DNA from: Marsupella aquatica
Lineage: Eukaryota; Plantae; Marchantiophyta
DNA length: 64,000 bases
Reading direction: 5' to 3'
Assembly (NCBI GenBank): GCA_973895155.1
Contig: OZ316896.1
Span: 17,038,754 to 17,102,753, forward strand
The notes beneath the pieces were generated by a model. It saw nothing but the letters and a program-made list of their open reading frames with translations. It was not told where the DNA came from and did not search any database. A program made the translations under genes and the position numbers. Below are positions 40,363 through 52,648 of the stretch, in pieces. Position 1 is the first letter of the stretch. Each line of letters starts with the position of its first letter.

Positions 40363-40706
40363 TGTTGAGCATAGACGACATTCACAACAGCAAGCCCATG
40401 AACCATCCAACGCACAATAGTCGACACAAAGAGATATGTGGTTCACCTCCACATGAGACTACGTCCACGGGAACACACAAGAGCTTTACTGCACTCTAGG
40501 CCGAACGGGCATACCAAGCATTCACAGCACAAGCTCTCCCTATCTCTCAACTAGCTCCGTAACAATGAGCCTAAGTTCCCCCAGGGTCTGGCATCAGCCC
40601 TGGCTATACTCACAACAGCACTACCGCAAACATTAGCTAAGTCCTAACCCGAGTTAGCCTAACTGTGGTTAGCTCATGAGTCACAAGACTAGAGAAATAT
40701 CTAACA
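40363..40706 (+). mobile_element. Solo LTR with 5-bp TSD CCAAT
   Basis: TGTTGAG...CTAACA termini, with CCAAT at 40358-40362 and 40707-40711. Confidence 0.88.
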
Positions 40707-41379
40707 CCAATGTGTCCCTCTATACCTTACCCACCTTTTTGCTTATCCCCAAGACAAGTTGGCAACCATACTTGGGATTTTTTCTTGAGGCTTGGGATAG
40801 ATCATGACCAAATGTGTAGTTGGCCTTGCTCTTCTATAATTGTGTTGCATCTGCGACTTTATAACAACATTCTAAGCGGTTTGTTTGGTGAATAAGTAGT
40901 GTTTGTGGCAGTATTTGTGAATGATTGAATGTATGGAGTCAAGGGTAAAAAGTCAAATGTAGGCTAGAATGCCCAAAGTTGAAAGCTAAGAAGAAGGTTT
41001 GCTGGGTTTTAGTTGTCTTTTGTTAGCAACCATTTCCTATCTTAAGCTAGCACCCATACACCCAAGGTATTTCTGGAGACATTTCTCACCTCTTTGCTTA
41101 TCTGTAGGATAATGTCCCGGTGGAGGTAAAAGGTCATGACAAGCAGTATATGGATGCCATCCCCAAAGGAGATCAACTCCTCTAGTTTGTTCTGATGCTC
41201 GACATTCCTACAACATGGCCAATTCAAATTTAACACTTGCAAGTACTTACCTAGAAAAACAGGCCAGGCTAAGACGCTCATTGTTCATGTTGTTTTTGGA
41301 ATGAATTTGAGCAAGCTATGTGTGCATGACTGAAAGTCAATTGTAAGCAAACTCTCATTTTCTGTGCATGTACGACCAT

Positions 41380-43700
41380 TTTCAAGTCAAGTAGTTGGGT
41401 AAATTCTATGCATCACAAACTGATAACAAGCAAAGTAGACCCAAGAGGAATTTGAATTTAGGGAACTACCAATCTTAATGCATGCATGACTTAAGTTCAA
41501 TTGGAAGAGAATCTCAAATTCTATGCATGCATGAATGTCCCTGGAATTATCCATGTGGATTGCAAGGGTGATCAATAACTCAGGTAAGTCTACTTTACCC
41601 AACGAGTGCGAACAACTGAATAGCATAAGGACTGAGTACAACAGAACACAACAAGGGAAAGAAAGCATAAGTATTGAGTTTACAAAAGCAACCTGGGTGA
41701 AGTATGCATGGTCAGAATAGGCATGGGTGAAGTAAGGATGGGGGGCAAAGCACAGATAGGTGATCAGGCAAATACATTAGGGTGTGTGAGAGCACGGCCA
41801 TAATCAAGGTCTTCTTATGGCTGTAATTAATTAGCTGCAAAAGATAACCTATTCCTACAGACATCCACCTTTTGGAAGTCTGATCTTTACCGGGCAATTT
41901 TATGGGTATCCTTTATGGGTATCCTAGAAGGTTTTTGGTCCTGGCCATAAAAGCATTTCCATAAAAGCATTTTATGACCTTGGCTTTAATTCACTTACAG
42001 CCGTGTTTAGACTCACAAGATGATGTCTTGTGTGTTGGCAGTCAGGATGGCCATGGGAATTTCCGGAATTCTAGATAGTTGTGGTGGTAGTTCGATTTCT
42101 CTGCCATCCTATTGTGAACACCAAATTTGTTTCCAACTGCCAGTAAGTGTGAGTGTGTTAAAAAGAAATAAACACAAACACAATTCTCAATCCCGATCGA
42201 TAATCAATTGGTGGTCTGCTTAATCCATTTCAGGCTTTAGTCGTGCCTTAATGTCTCTTTTTGACACATTGAAGTCTCAAAGATGTTCATAAAAGCTTTC
42301 CCCACCCTTGGGTGAAGCGCCATTTCTCGTTGAAGACGTCGGGTTCTTAGAATTCCATCGATTTGCTAGATCGAGTTCCATGGTGTGCAGTGATTCATGA
42401 ATCAACAGACTTAACTCTCTGATCGACATCATTGCTTCCCAGATGGAATGAATTGTGCACAGTAGGTGTTTCAGTTGTGCAGCTGATGAGATGCAGAGCA
42501 TGGACGCTAATGCTGAAGACACTACTGAAATGGTCGTGTTGGCTGATAGCAAGGATTCGGCAGGAAGCAGTGGCCCGAATTGTTGGTCTGATTTCACACT
42601 AGACCCGCTGACGGAGAGTTCTGTTTCGGGTCAGATGAGGACGGAATGAGTTTCCTTGAAGAGGTAGGGAGGGGAAGAGATGTTGAAAGGGGAGCGCAGT
42701 CGAAGTCGAAGAAGGCATGGCTGCGTGGAATGGCTGTCGCACAGTGGACAGTCGGTGTGCAAGTCGATGCGGCATGGCTGTCGCATAGTAGACAGACACA
42801 GCAGCCCAAGAACTGGAATTGGTTTGAACCTAAAAAGCTCGCTGAGGTGCACCAGGACCAGTCTTTAGGAAACAGTCGCGCCCTCCCCAACACAAGCAGG
42901 AACAGTCTATAGCTGACTGGGTCAAAATGTGTCCTGCTGACCTGGGCCAAAATGTGTCGGGAATGCCCTGAAGTAAGAGACCTGGATCCACCAGGTTTTT
43001 GTCGTGGATAGTTGGATCGGGAAATATTTCTCCTGCAAGCAAAATACTCCGTTCAACACACAGTAACAGTATGACTCACACTTTCGGCAAGTCAAGCAAA
43101 AGTACTTTGAAGACGCTTTGTCTTGAACGTTATCTCAAGAACTGTAGTATATGGGTCCATTGCATAGCAGGCCCTCTCCTTGCCAGCGCACCGAGCAGTC
43201 GAGCATCAATTGGAAATGAAAAATATATTGGGTAAGTCGGCCACGACCAACTGTTGGCCAATACCACAATCACCGTTTTGCATAGCCGGAGATCTGCAGA
43301 GCTTGGTTAGCCACCCTCCCGCAGAGAGAGATTGTTGCAGATTGATTTTGCAAAATTCCGAAGCACTGTGCAGCGGATCCTCGACGGATCGCCTCTACTC
43401 TCACCAGCTTCGAGCGGTGTCATCCTTCCGTGATTGTCAGTGAGTGATGGCGATATTTATCAATTAAGGTCACAGATGGTAAGCTTTTCTGGGTAGATTG
43501 GCCCGTTAACGAAGCTCATCAGGGGATTCAGCATCGATTGTGTTGAAGTCGACGTCGATGTGCCATGGAAGTTTTCGCGGCCGAGGTGCTGGATCGTCTC
43601 GTCGGTCGCTGCTGACGGCTGGAGTTGGGGTGGGGGCTTCTTCGAGTATTTCTGAAGAAGGGAGGTAGCTTAAAGTAGTTGCTACCCGGACGGATTCATG
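41380..43700 (-). mobile_element. Possible degraded non-LTR (LINE) ORF1-like remnants
   Basis: Broken coding-like frames with weak LINE-ORF1-like peptides (KVDLPELL..., DIHACIEFE). No RT or endonuclease motif was seen. Confidence 0.25.
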
Positions 43701-45199
43701 AACATCAGGTGAGCCTTTTGCACAGGAAGAGCTTGCTTTGTCTTGAACACTATATCAAACAAATAGACCAAATTTCGGAACTGTCATAGCCTGATTAGGT
43801 TTAGTACCAGCAAGTTGTTGTTCTCACATTGGACTTGATCTATATGAAGTATTTAACCGGCTTTAGTAGTAGTCCGTCTTCAAGAACATCTGGATTGTTC
43901 AAAGACATATCTCGAGTTTGTGGCCATCCGGCAACAAATTTCTTTCATGCGATGACGGGTTCACACCGATGCCTGTCGGTACGATTTCTCCGAATTGGCC
44001 TACTCGCCATCAGAACTACTGCAAACTACTCACGTGATTCAATCAGACTTTCAGCAGTTTAGGATCTTACTAGGTGTGGATCAGGGCTCCTCTTCTCGTT
44101 CTTCCTAACACTGATTGAGGATTTGTCTCCAAAGTTTGCAAGTTCTCTGTAATCTGTGTCACGTGGTAGCTACGTTGAGTTATGTCCTGGATGGACATCC
44201 CTGGATTGATGTCTTTATCTTAGTGAATGATCCGGAACGCAGAGAAGGTAGGTCTCTCAGATTTGGGCCGCCAGTCTAACTATCCTCTTAACTTGCATGC
44301 CCCCGTCACTCTTTGGTGTGTATATACTTACTTACCTCCTGATTAGTTTTGTGAGCATAGTCGATTCGGGATCGGGTCTTAAGGGTAACGAGCTGTGGAA
44401 TGCTGTTGCGAATGATCCCCGGGATGGGCGCGTTTCTATTTTAGTGTTATTTTGATTGTAACGAACGTCGTTGATTGCTCTCAAATCAAAACCTCGAATC
44501 ACACCCTTCTTTCGTCACCTGTCAGCTCAGATTCTCTAGCATGTGTCTTTATTTAGATGTAAAATATAAGCTTATTAACATATTCTTAGCTTATGTTATC
44601 CTTTTCCCGGCTTACGATTGTTCCTTGATTCCCCTAAGTCGACTGAATCCGTGCTCCAGCCGTGACTTTTATGCAGTATAGCAGTACGCAATTCTAATCA
44701 TCGGGGATAGCCATTCTTGAAAGCAGAAGGGACAAGGACACATTAGGAATGCATCGCTAGCTTGCTTGCACATGCACTAATCCGTCCGTCCTTCACTTTC
44801 TGTCCATGAAGTTCTGCGCTCTATCCACAATCAGAGGCTTTGAAGTAGCAATAGGACAATTCGCCACCACAATTAAATTCCAGTACGATTTCGTCTTCAG
44901 TTTGGAAATTGTTAACACATTTCCCGATTTTGGGAGTACCCACATATGAGCAGGTCTGAGCACTTCTAGGCTGATCTCGCACTCTGGCATTACACGTTCT
45001 CAAGCCTCTTCAAGTTGATGCGGAGCCTACGATTGGTTTGATAGCGGCATCACTTCTTTTCTTGCCATGATTAATATGTGGAATTGAATGTTTGTAGGTA
45101 AGCATTCTGAGGCTCGGCAGATCACGTCCACTGTAGAGCCACCTGCAAAATTGACGTCTAATTACCACCACAAGTTTCCAGCAATTCGAAGCCATCGCT

Positions 45200-48100
45200 A
45201 TGGCTCAAGGGGGCTCTTCTAGTCGCACTCAAACTCCAGAGCCCTCCAATAACGCAATTACTCGGGTATCTTACGGCATTGACCTCGATCTGAACCTGTC
45301 TGGATATGCCCGTTGTGTTTAGAGATTGATCGTTTTGACAATATGCAGCCTGAAGGTCTATCTCAATCATGAGTATTTTGATATTGATCGATTTCTGCAA
45401 GTTTTCAGTTTTGTGTTGCATCCAATCTCAGTCCTATACAGCTAATTTCTATGCCTACTGTATGTTGGCGTGCTTAGGTTTTACAGCTTAATGAATCCCT
45501 CTTTGAGCTTCACAAACCAAAAGGGCGACCTAGCATGGTGGTCTTGTTTTTTCATGGCTTTCAGAATGGAAATTATGAAAATGCCCATATATCAACATGG
45601 AAAACTGAGCATGGACGAGAGGATGGATCATCCACATGGCTCCAGACTTGGTTGGTTGATGACGACCAGCACCCAGACGCTCACATCCTTTCTGTTGCAT
45701 ATAATGCTAGCTTGATGAAAAGCAAGAAAGAAGGAAGCTTTGACCTCTACATCATAGGGGAAAATATTATTTCAGATTTGCTAGAGGCAAATATTGCGCA
45801 AGGTCCCCGCTGTCCCATAGTATTGGTAGGACACAGTTTTGGGGGCCTCGTGGTGAAGGAACTGTGTGTTCAAGCACATAAGAGAGGCAGTATGGGTAGC
45901 TCCAAGCACAAAAACTTTCTGGAAAATATCAAGGGGGCATTTTTCTATTCCACCCCTCATCATGGGATTTCAGGAGAAATTTCGGAGTATTTTGTGAGCA
46001 AAACAAATCAACCCTTGTTGAATTATGTGAAAGTCCTGAGTACGTCTGCAGCAAGATTGCATGAAGATTTCGACAAGGTGCGAAAGCAGTGTGCTTGGCA
46101 GTCGGCAGGAGTAGGAGAAGGATTACCCACCCATCTGGTACTGGCATTCTCTCTCAATCTTATTAAATGGAAATATATGAAGATCTCTGATAGCTTCCAA
46201 TCACTTCTAAATCGAAGCAATGATCAGATATTAAATACTTACACCACGATACAATACTGTTCTAGATTGTTGACTAATTTGTTTCAATTCATTCCATAGA
46301 ACCCGCCATAGTACTGATAGAAGAAGGCAATGCGCAGTAACAATTTCTTTGCGAAGTGCAACTCTATGGATGCAATTTTGTTTAGTACTCAGTCATCTAA
46401 GTAGCATGTAACCGAGCTGCTAAAGAGTAATTTGTGTGAAGGATATAGTAGATACTTCCTTCATTGGATCTTGGTTGTTTGCTTGCTTGTATGTGCACAG
46501 AACTTATTAAAAACACAGATAATTGTACCAGAAGGATCGTCAAGATATGGAGACACCTTTGCTATGGTGCCAGAAGCTGATCACTTATCAATCTGCCGGC
46601 CAATATTAAAAATCTCAAGACCATTCAAGTCCTTGTCCAGCTTCCTGCACGGAGTTTGCGTTATGTGGAAGGTGAAGTCAAACTCTAGCTCGAATTTGTG
46701 GTGTGTTCATAATTGATGGTGGTTGTCTGTCAAATTATATCTGACATCGTTCCCAGCTCAACTGGATGAACCAATTCGATCTGTGAACAACACCTTAGAG
46801 GACATCATCAAAATGTGAAGGAGGCTATAGAACTAAAAACTCGTGTGCAACAGGATGCCGACCTTCAACCGATCCCAACAAGAATTTTCGACATCGATGA
46901 CCTTTATGTTCCTATTGTGGAGGTACAGAATGCTGTCATCGCAGCAATCGAAAAATTGGATGGTCCTCGGATAGTATTGTTGCATGGTGGTGTAGGCAAA
47001 GGGAAATGTGGTGTGCCAGATATGTGCATATGATATATCAAAACAGAAAAGAAGTGTTTCAGTATGTGCTCCTAGTCGATTGTGCAGGTAGCTCCAAACT
47101 TGATCCTTCGAACAAGCAGTATGAGATCTTGAGGAGGCTTTCCCCCGCCAGCTTAACCACTAATCCAGAGAAAGAAAGGAGTGACTTTAAATTAAGGATT
47201 GCAAAATCCCTCCACGAGTTTTTTTTGAGTGGCAGCAAGATCCTAATCATCCTGGACGGTGTGTCAGACCGTCGATTTATAGATGAGATGTTGAAAGCTT
47301 CTCAAGGTGGTACACAAGTGAAGTACTTGGTTACCTCACAATATCCCAATTTGTGTCACAGCTGTAGGAATTACTCTTTCCCTGTTTACATGTGTGATCC
47401 CAAACATGATGAGGCGAAGACGATACTGGCGACCCTTGTTGGACTGAAGGACAACGTAATTCCTCAAAAGTTACAGGTCCGTTTCGGAAAATCAGTTTCA
47501 GACCTTTTGTTGGTTTGCTCCTTATCACGTTCAGAGTTTACATTGGACTATACAATTCACAACAGTGCTGGAATTCCTACTTCATTTTTGTGCAGTATTG
47601 AATCATTTAACAAGTTACTTAGTATATATCAAAGCCTCTATATGAATATTGTTTTTGCAGCGTTTAACTAGTACTGCATCATTTTCTTTGGCATGCAGCG
47701 CATTGCAGATCAGATGATAACGGCTACAGGTGGCAACCCATTAGCTCTAGCATCTTTGGCGAGTAATTTTGTTAACAACCAAGACAAGACAGATGTGCGT
47801 GCATGGAATGAAGCCTACAAAGCACTATGTCAGATACTTCGCGATCCAGAGAAAATACTTGTCCTTGGGGGCACTTCTGATGATACTCCGCCAAGAAGTC
47901 TTTGGGCTGCCATGAAACTCTGTATTGATTACTTGGAGAGCCGTGATGCCAAAGATATTTTGTTCTTGATGTACGCCTGTGAAGGAGAATCAGTCCCAGA
48001 GGAGGTGTTAAGAATTATGCATGCTACTGCAAAGACTTCGGGTGGCATGTTTTCCAAGTCAATTGCAGAATTATGGTCTAGGGACCTCTTGAAAGCCAGT

Positions 48101-51100
48101 ACTAATACTATAGCAGCCAAGCTGAATTTTGATAGTAAGCACCAAATAAGTTCCAAGTCATGGTCCATGTTGACTACACTGAAGCTCTACATTGACCAGC
48201 GTATGGCTAGTGACCAGGAAATGAGGTCCTTATTCAGTTTTTTGCAAGGGGAAGGTGAGATTAAAGCTTCTTCTAGTGTCAAACATGAACGGGGCTCCGA
48301 AGCAGAACCAATGGTGAACGGGAAGAACAAAGTGGCAATCGCTCTGTGTGCATTGTATTTCGATGGAGATCATACTGATAAAGTTGTGAAAGAAGCTGCA
48401 ACTTGGGCTTGCGGAGCATCACATATGAACGACTGGAATGCTACAATCAAAGAGCGGAGACGAAAGGCCATTGAGCCCCTAATCTGGTTGCTGGACCAGA
48501 CAGAAGAAGACGACCCTACATGGAGAGAATCACATCTCCAGTGTCTGAGACAGGTACCTCTGGCTGCCCTTAAGTGTTAATTTTTTTCTTCCACTATCGA
48601 CTTTCACGCAATACACAAGTCATTTCTGCATGTTGTTAGCTTACCGTATTGAATTTGTTGGAACTAATGTTTTCACTAGGGCTTACGTTCTGTAAGGGTT
48701 GAGTAACAGAATGTCTTATGCATTGTATATGTGGCATGATGCTGATCATATTTCCGTGACCGCGATCAAAACTCTAAAACCACAATAATGGCTTTCAGAA
48801 ATTCGTCAAAGAACAGCACGCACTTCTCTCCGGAGCACTTCAGCTCCGGCTGAGCTATCTTACTGGGTTTACTGCAAAAAAGACAGAAATGAGTGAATTC
48901 GTGCTCGCGTCAATCAAATTGGCCTCAATGGAGTTTCCTGAAATTCTTCTGTACATTACAGTTTGCCTTATTTCCAAACGACAGGAATTTGAACCATCGA
49001 GATTCCAACAATAGAATCTCCGTCCCCATGTACAGCTTGTATGAATTTTATTTTGTTTCATGATTCCAGGTATTTCTGAGGTACATTTGTTTCAGCGAGC
49101 TTGATGACAGCAACATCTGTATCCTGTTGAAGCTGACCAGTTGCCCATCAGCACAGCTGGCAATGCTCGTCGCTCTTGCCGACATTCTTGACATCGAAGA
49201 AATACCTTTGCTAAAAAGTGATAGTCTGACTTTCTTGCAACCACTAGCGCACATTTTGAAATCGAATGCAGATTTGAATTCAAATATTCAAGTCGCTGCC
49301 TGGGAAGCACTAGATAAAGTTACTCAGAAATCTACTCGGGAAAGGCAATCCGATTCTATCGTAACAAGCACGCCAGATCTTTTGACCACATTGCAACGCT
49401 CTCTCCAAGATTCAGATGCGCGTGCAACAAAGGCTGCATTGATTTTGGCTCGCTTGTCATATGCCGGATATGAAATTGGCAACCACATTCTCACTGAAAA
49501 TGGGGCTGGGTTGCTCAGAAGCCTTGTGAAGGCTCTGTCAAAGGACCACAATCCCAAATTCCAACAACGGGCAGTGCATGCGATGGCCAATCTAGCTGCA
49601 GGAGGGGAGTCTGTGAAACTGCGAATTTTGGGTGCAGATGGGGCACTTGCAGGCTTGGTCAAGTGTCTCTCCAACGACCAGAACCCAGAAGTACAGGAAT
49701 ATGCTGCATGGACTTTAAAATATCTAGCTTTTGGACAGGAGACATTGAAGCTCAAAGTTTTGGGCGAAGATGGGGCGCTGGAGGGCCTGGTGGGGGCTTT
49801 GTCAAAGGACGGGAATCCCGAATTGCAAAAACGGGCAGCGGGGGCGTTGCGCAATCTAGCTGCAGGAGGGGAGTCTGTGAAACTGCGAATTTTGGGTGCA
49901 GATGGGGCACTTGCAGGCTTGGTCAAGTGTCTCTCCAACGACCAGAACCCAGAAGTACAGGAATATGCTGCATGGACTTTAAAAAATCTAGCTTTTGGAC
50001 AGGAGACATTGAAGCTCAAAGTTTTGGGCGAAGATGGGGCGCTGGAGGGCCTGGTGGGGGCTTTGTCAAAGGACGGGAATCCCGAATTGCAAAAACGGGC
50101 AGCGGGGGCGTTGCGCAATCTAGCTGCAGGAGGGGAGTCTGTGAAACTGCGAATTTTGGGTGCAGATGGGGCACTTGCAGGCTTGGTCAAGTGTCTCTCC
50201 AACGACCAGAACCCAGAAGTACAGGAATATGCTGCATGGACTTTAAAAAATCTAGCTTTTGGACAGAAGACATTGAAGCTCAAAGTTTTGGGCGAAGATG
50301 GGGCGCTGGAGGGCCTGGTGGGGGCTTTGTCAAAGGACGGGAATCCCGAATTGCAAAAACAGTCGGCGATGGCGTTGCGCAATCTAGCTGCAGGAGGGGA
50401 GTCTGTGAAACTGCGAATTTTGGGTGCAGATGGGGCACTTGCAGGCTTGGTCAAGTGTCTCTCCAACGACCAGAACCCAGAAGTACAGGAATATGCTGCA
50501 TGGACTTTAAAATATCTAGCTTGACAGGAGACATTGAAGCTCAAAGTTTTGGGCGAAGATGGGGCGCTGGAGGGCCTGGTGGGGGCTTTGTCAAAGGACG
50601 GGAATCCCGAATTGCAAAAACGGGCAGCGGGGGCGTTGCGCAATCTAGCTGCAGGAGGGGAGTCTGTGAAACTGCGAATTTTGGGTGCAGATGGGGCACT
50701 TGCAGGCTTGGTCAAGTGTCTCTCCAACGACCAGAACCCAGAAGTACAGGAATATGCTGCATGGACTTTAAAAAATCTAGCTTTTGGACAGAAGACATTG
50801 AAGCTCAAAGTTTTGGGCGAAGATGGGGCGCTGGAGGGCCTGGTGGGGGCTTTGTCAAAGGACGGGAATCCCGAATTGCAAAAACGGGCAGCGGGGGCGT
50901 TGGGGAATCTAGCTGCAGGAGGGGAGTCTGTGAAACTGCGAATTTTGGGTGCAGATGGGGCACTTGCAGGCTTGGTCAAGTGTCTCTCCGACGACCAGAA
51001 CCCAAAAGTACAGGAATATGCTGCATGGACTTTAAATAATCTAGCTTTTGGACAGGAGACATTGAAGCTCAAAGTTTTGGGCGAAGATGGGGCGCTGGAG

Positions 51101-52648
51101 GGCCTGGTGGGGGCTTTGTCAAAGGACGGGAATCCCGAATTGCAAAAACAGTCGGCGATGGCGTTGCGCAATCTAGCTGCAGGAGGGGAGTCTGTGAAAC
51201 TGCGAATTTTGGGTGCAGATGGGGCACTTGCAGGCTTGGTCAAGTGTCTCTCCAACGACCAGAACCCAGAAGTACAGGAATATGCTGCATGGACTTTAGA
51301 AAATCTAGCTTTTGGACAGGAGACATTGAAGCTCAAAGTTTTGGGCGAAGATGGGGCGCTGGAGGGCCTGGTGGGGGCTTTGTCAAAGGACGGGAATCCC
51401 GAATTGCAAAAACGGGCAGCGGGGGCGTTGGGGAATCTAGCTGCAGGAGGGGAGTCTGTGAAACTGCGAATTTTGGGTGCAGATGGGGCACTTGCAGGCT
51501 TGGTCAAGTGTCTCTCCAACGACCAGAACCCAGAAGTACAGGAATATGCTGCATGGACTTTAAAATATCTAGCTTTTGGACAGGAGACATTGAAGCTCAA
51601 AGTTTTGGGCGAAGATGGGGCGCTGGAGGGCCTGGTGGGGGCTTTGTCAAAGGACGGGAATCCCGAATTGCAAAAACGGGCAGCGGGGGCGTTGGGGAAT
51701 CTAGCTGCAGGAGGGGAGTCTGTGAAACTGCGAATTTTGGGTGCAGATGGGGCACTTGCAGGCTTGGTCAAGTGTCTCTCCAACGACCAGAACCCAGAAG
51801 TACAGGAATATGCTGCATGGACTTTAAAAAATCTAGCTTTTGGACAGAAGACATTGAAGCTCAAAGTTTTGGGCGAAGATGGGGCGCTGGAGGGCCTGGT
51901 GGGGGCTTTGTCAAAGGACGGGAATCCCGAATTGCAAAAACAGTCGGCGATGGCGTTGCGCAATCTAGCTGCAGGAGGGGAGTCTGTGAAACTGCGAATT
52001 TTGGGTGCAGATGGGGCACTTGCAGGCTTGGTCAAGTGTCTCTCCAACGACCAGAACCCAGAAGTACAGGAATATGCTGCATGGACTTTAAAAAATCTAG
52101 CTTTTGGACAGGAGACATTGAAGCTCAAAGTTTTGGGCGAAGATGGGGCGCTGGAGGGCCTGGTGGGGGCTTTGTCAAACGACGGGAATCCCGAATTGCA
52201 AAAACAGTCGGCGATGGCGTTGCGCAATCTAGCTGCAGGAGGGGAGTCTGTGAAACTGCGAATTTTGGGTGCAGATGGGGCACTTGCAGGCTTGGTCAAG
52301 TGTCTCTCCAACGACCAGAACCCAGAAGTACAGGAATATGCTGCATGGACTTTAAATAATCTAGCTTTTGGACAGGAGACATTGAAGCTCAAAGTTTTGG
52401 GCGAAGATGGGGCGCTGGAGGGCCTGGTGGGGGCTTTGTCAAAGGACGGGAATCCCGAATTGCAAAAACAGTCGGCGATGGCGTTGGGGAATCTAGCTGC
52501 AGGAGGGGACTCAATTAAACTCACAATTGTGAACAAGGAAGGGGCAATTGCAGGCCTGCTTAGGGCTTACTCGGAAGTCAACAAACCTCTTTTGCAGAAA
52601 TACGCCGCGTTGGCATTGGTCAAATTGGCACATACACTAGACCCATAA
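45200..52648 (+). CDS. NLR/STAND-like protein: alpha/beta hydrolase + NB-ARC-like NTPase + armadillo-repeat array; interrupted by a frameshift and an in-frame stop in this sequence
   Basis: Predicted exons 45200-45265, 45487-46137, 46501-46671, ~46854-47476, 47699-48553 and 49070-52648. Hydrolase: VLFFHG, ILSVAYNAS, IVLVGHSFGG, FFYSTPHHG, ADHLSICRP. NB-ARC: Walker A HGGVGKGK, Walker B-like ILIILDGV, RNBS-B-like KYLVTS, GLPL-like GGNPLAL. Then ARM repeats. Frameshift at ~47007; TGA at 50522-50524. Confidence 0.85.
49589..52510 (+). repeat. Coding tandem array: 11 x 264-bp units, each encoding two 44-aa armadillo repeats
   Basis: Unit starts (aatctagctgcagg) at 49589, 49853, 50117, 50381, 50642, 50906, 51170, 51434, 51698, 51962 and 52226, with a partial unit at 52490. 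ARM signature GAL..LV..L....P.VQ..AAW.L.NLA. Confidence 0.97.

Noticed and set aside
39317-40706. Single TIR transposon/MITE formed by the two inverted repeats
   Set aside because: Each arm has its own different 5-bp TSD and LTR-type ends, indicating two independent solo LTRs.
49324-52536. 1070-aa antisense ORF and alternative-frame ORFs (49663-51039, 51244-52359)
   Set aside because: Shadows of the 264-bp repeat: a frame that is stop-free in one unit stays open in all units. The ARM frame has the recognisable fold and splice context.
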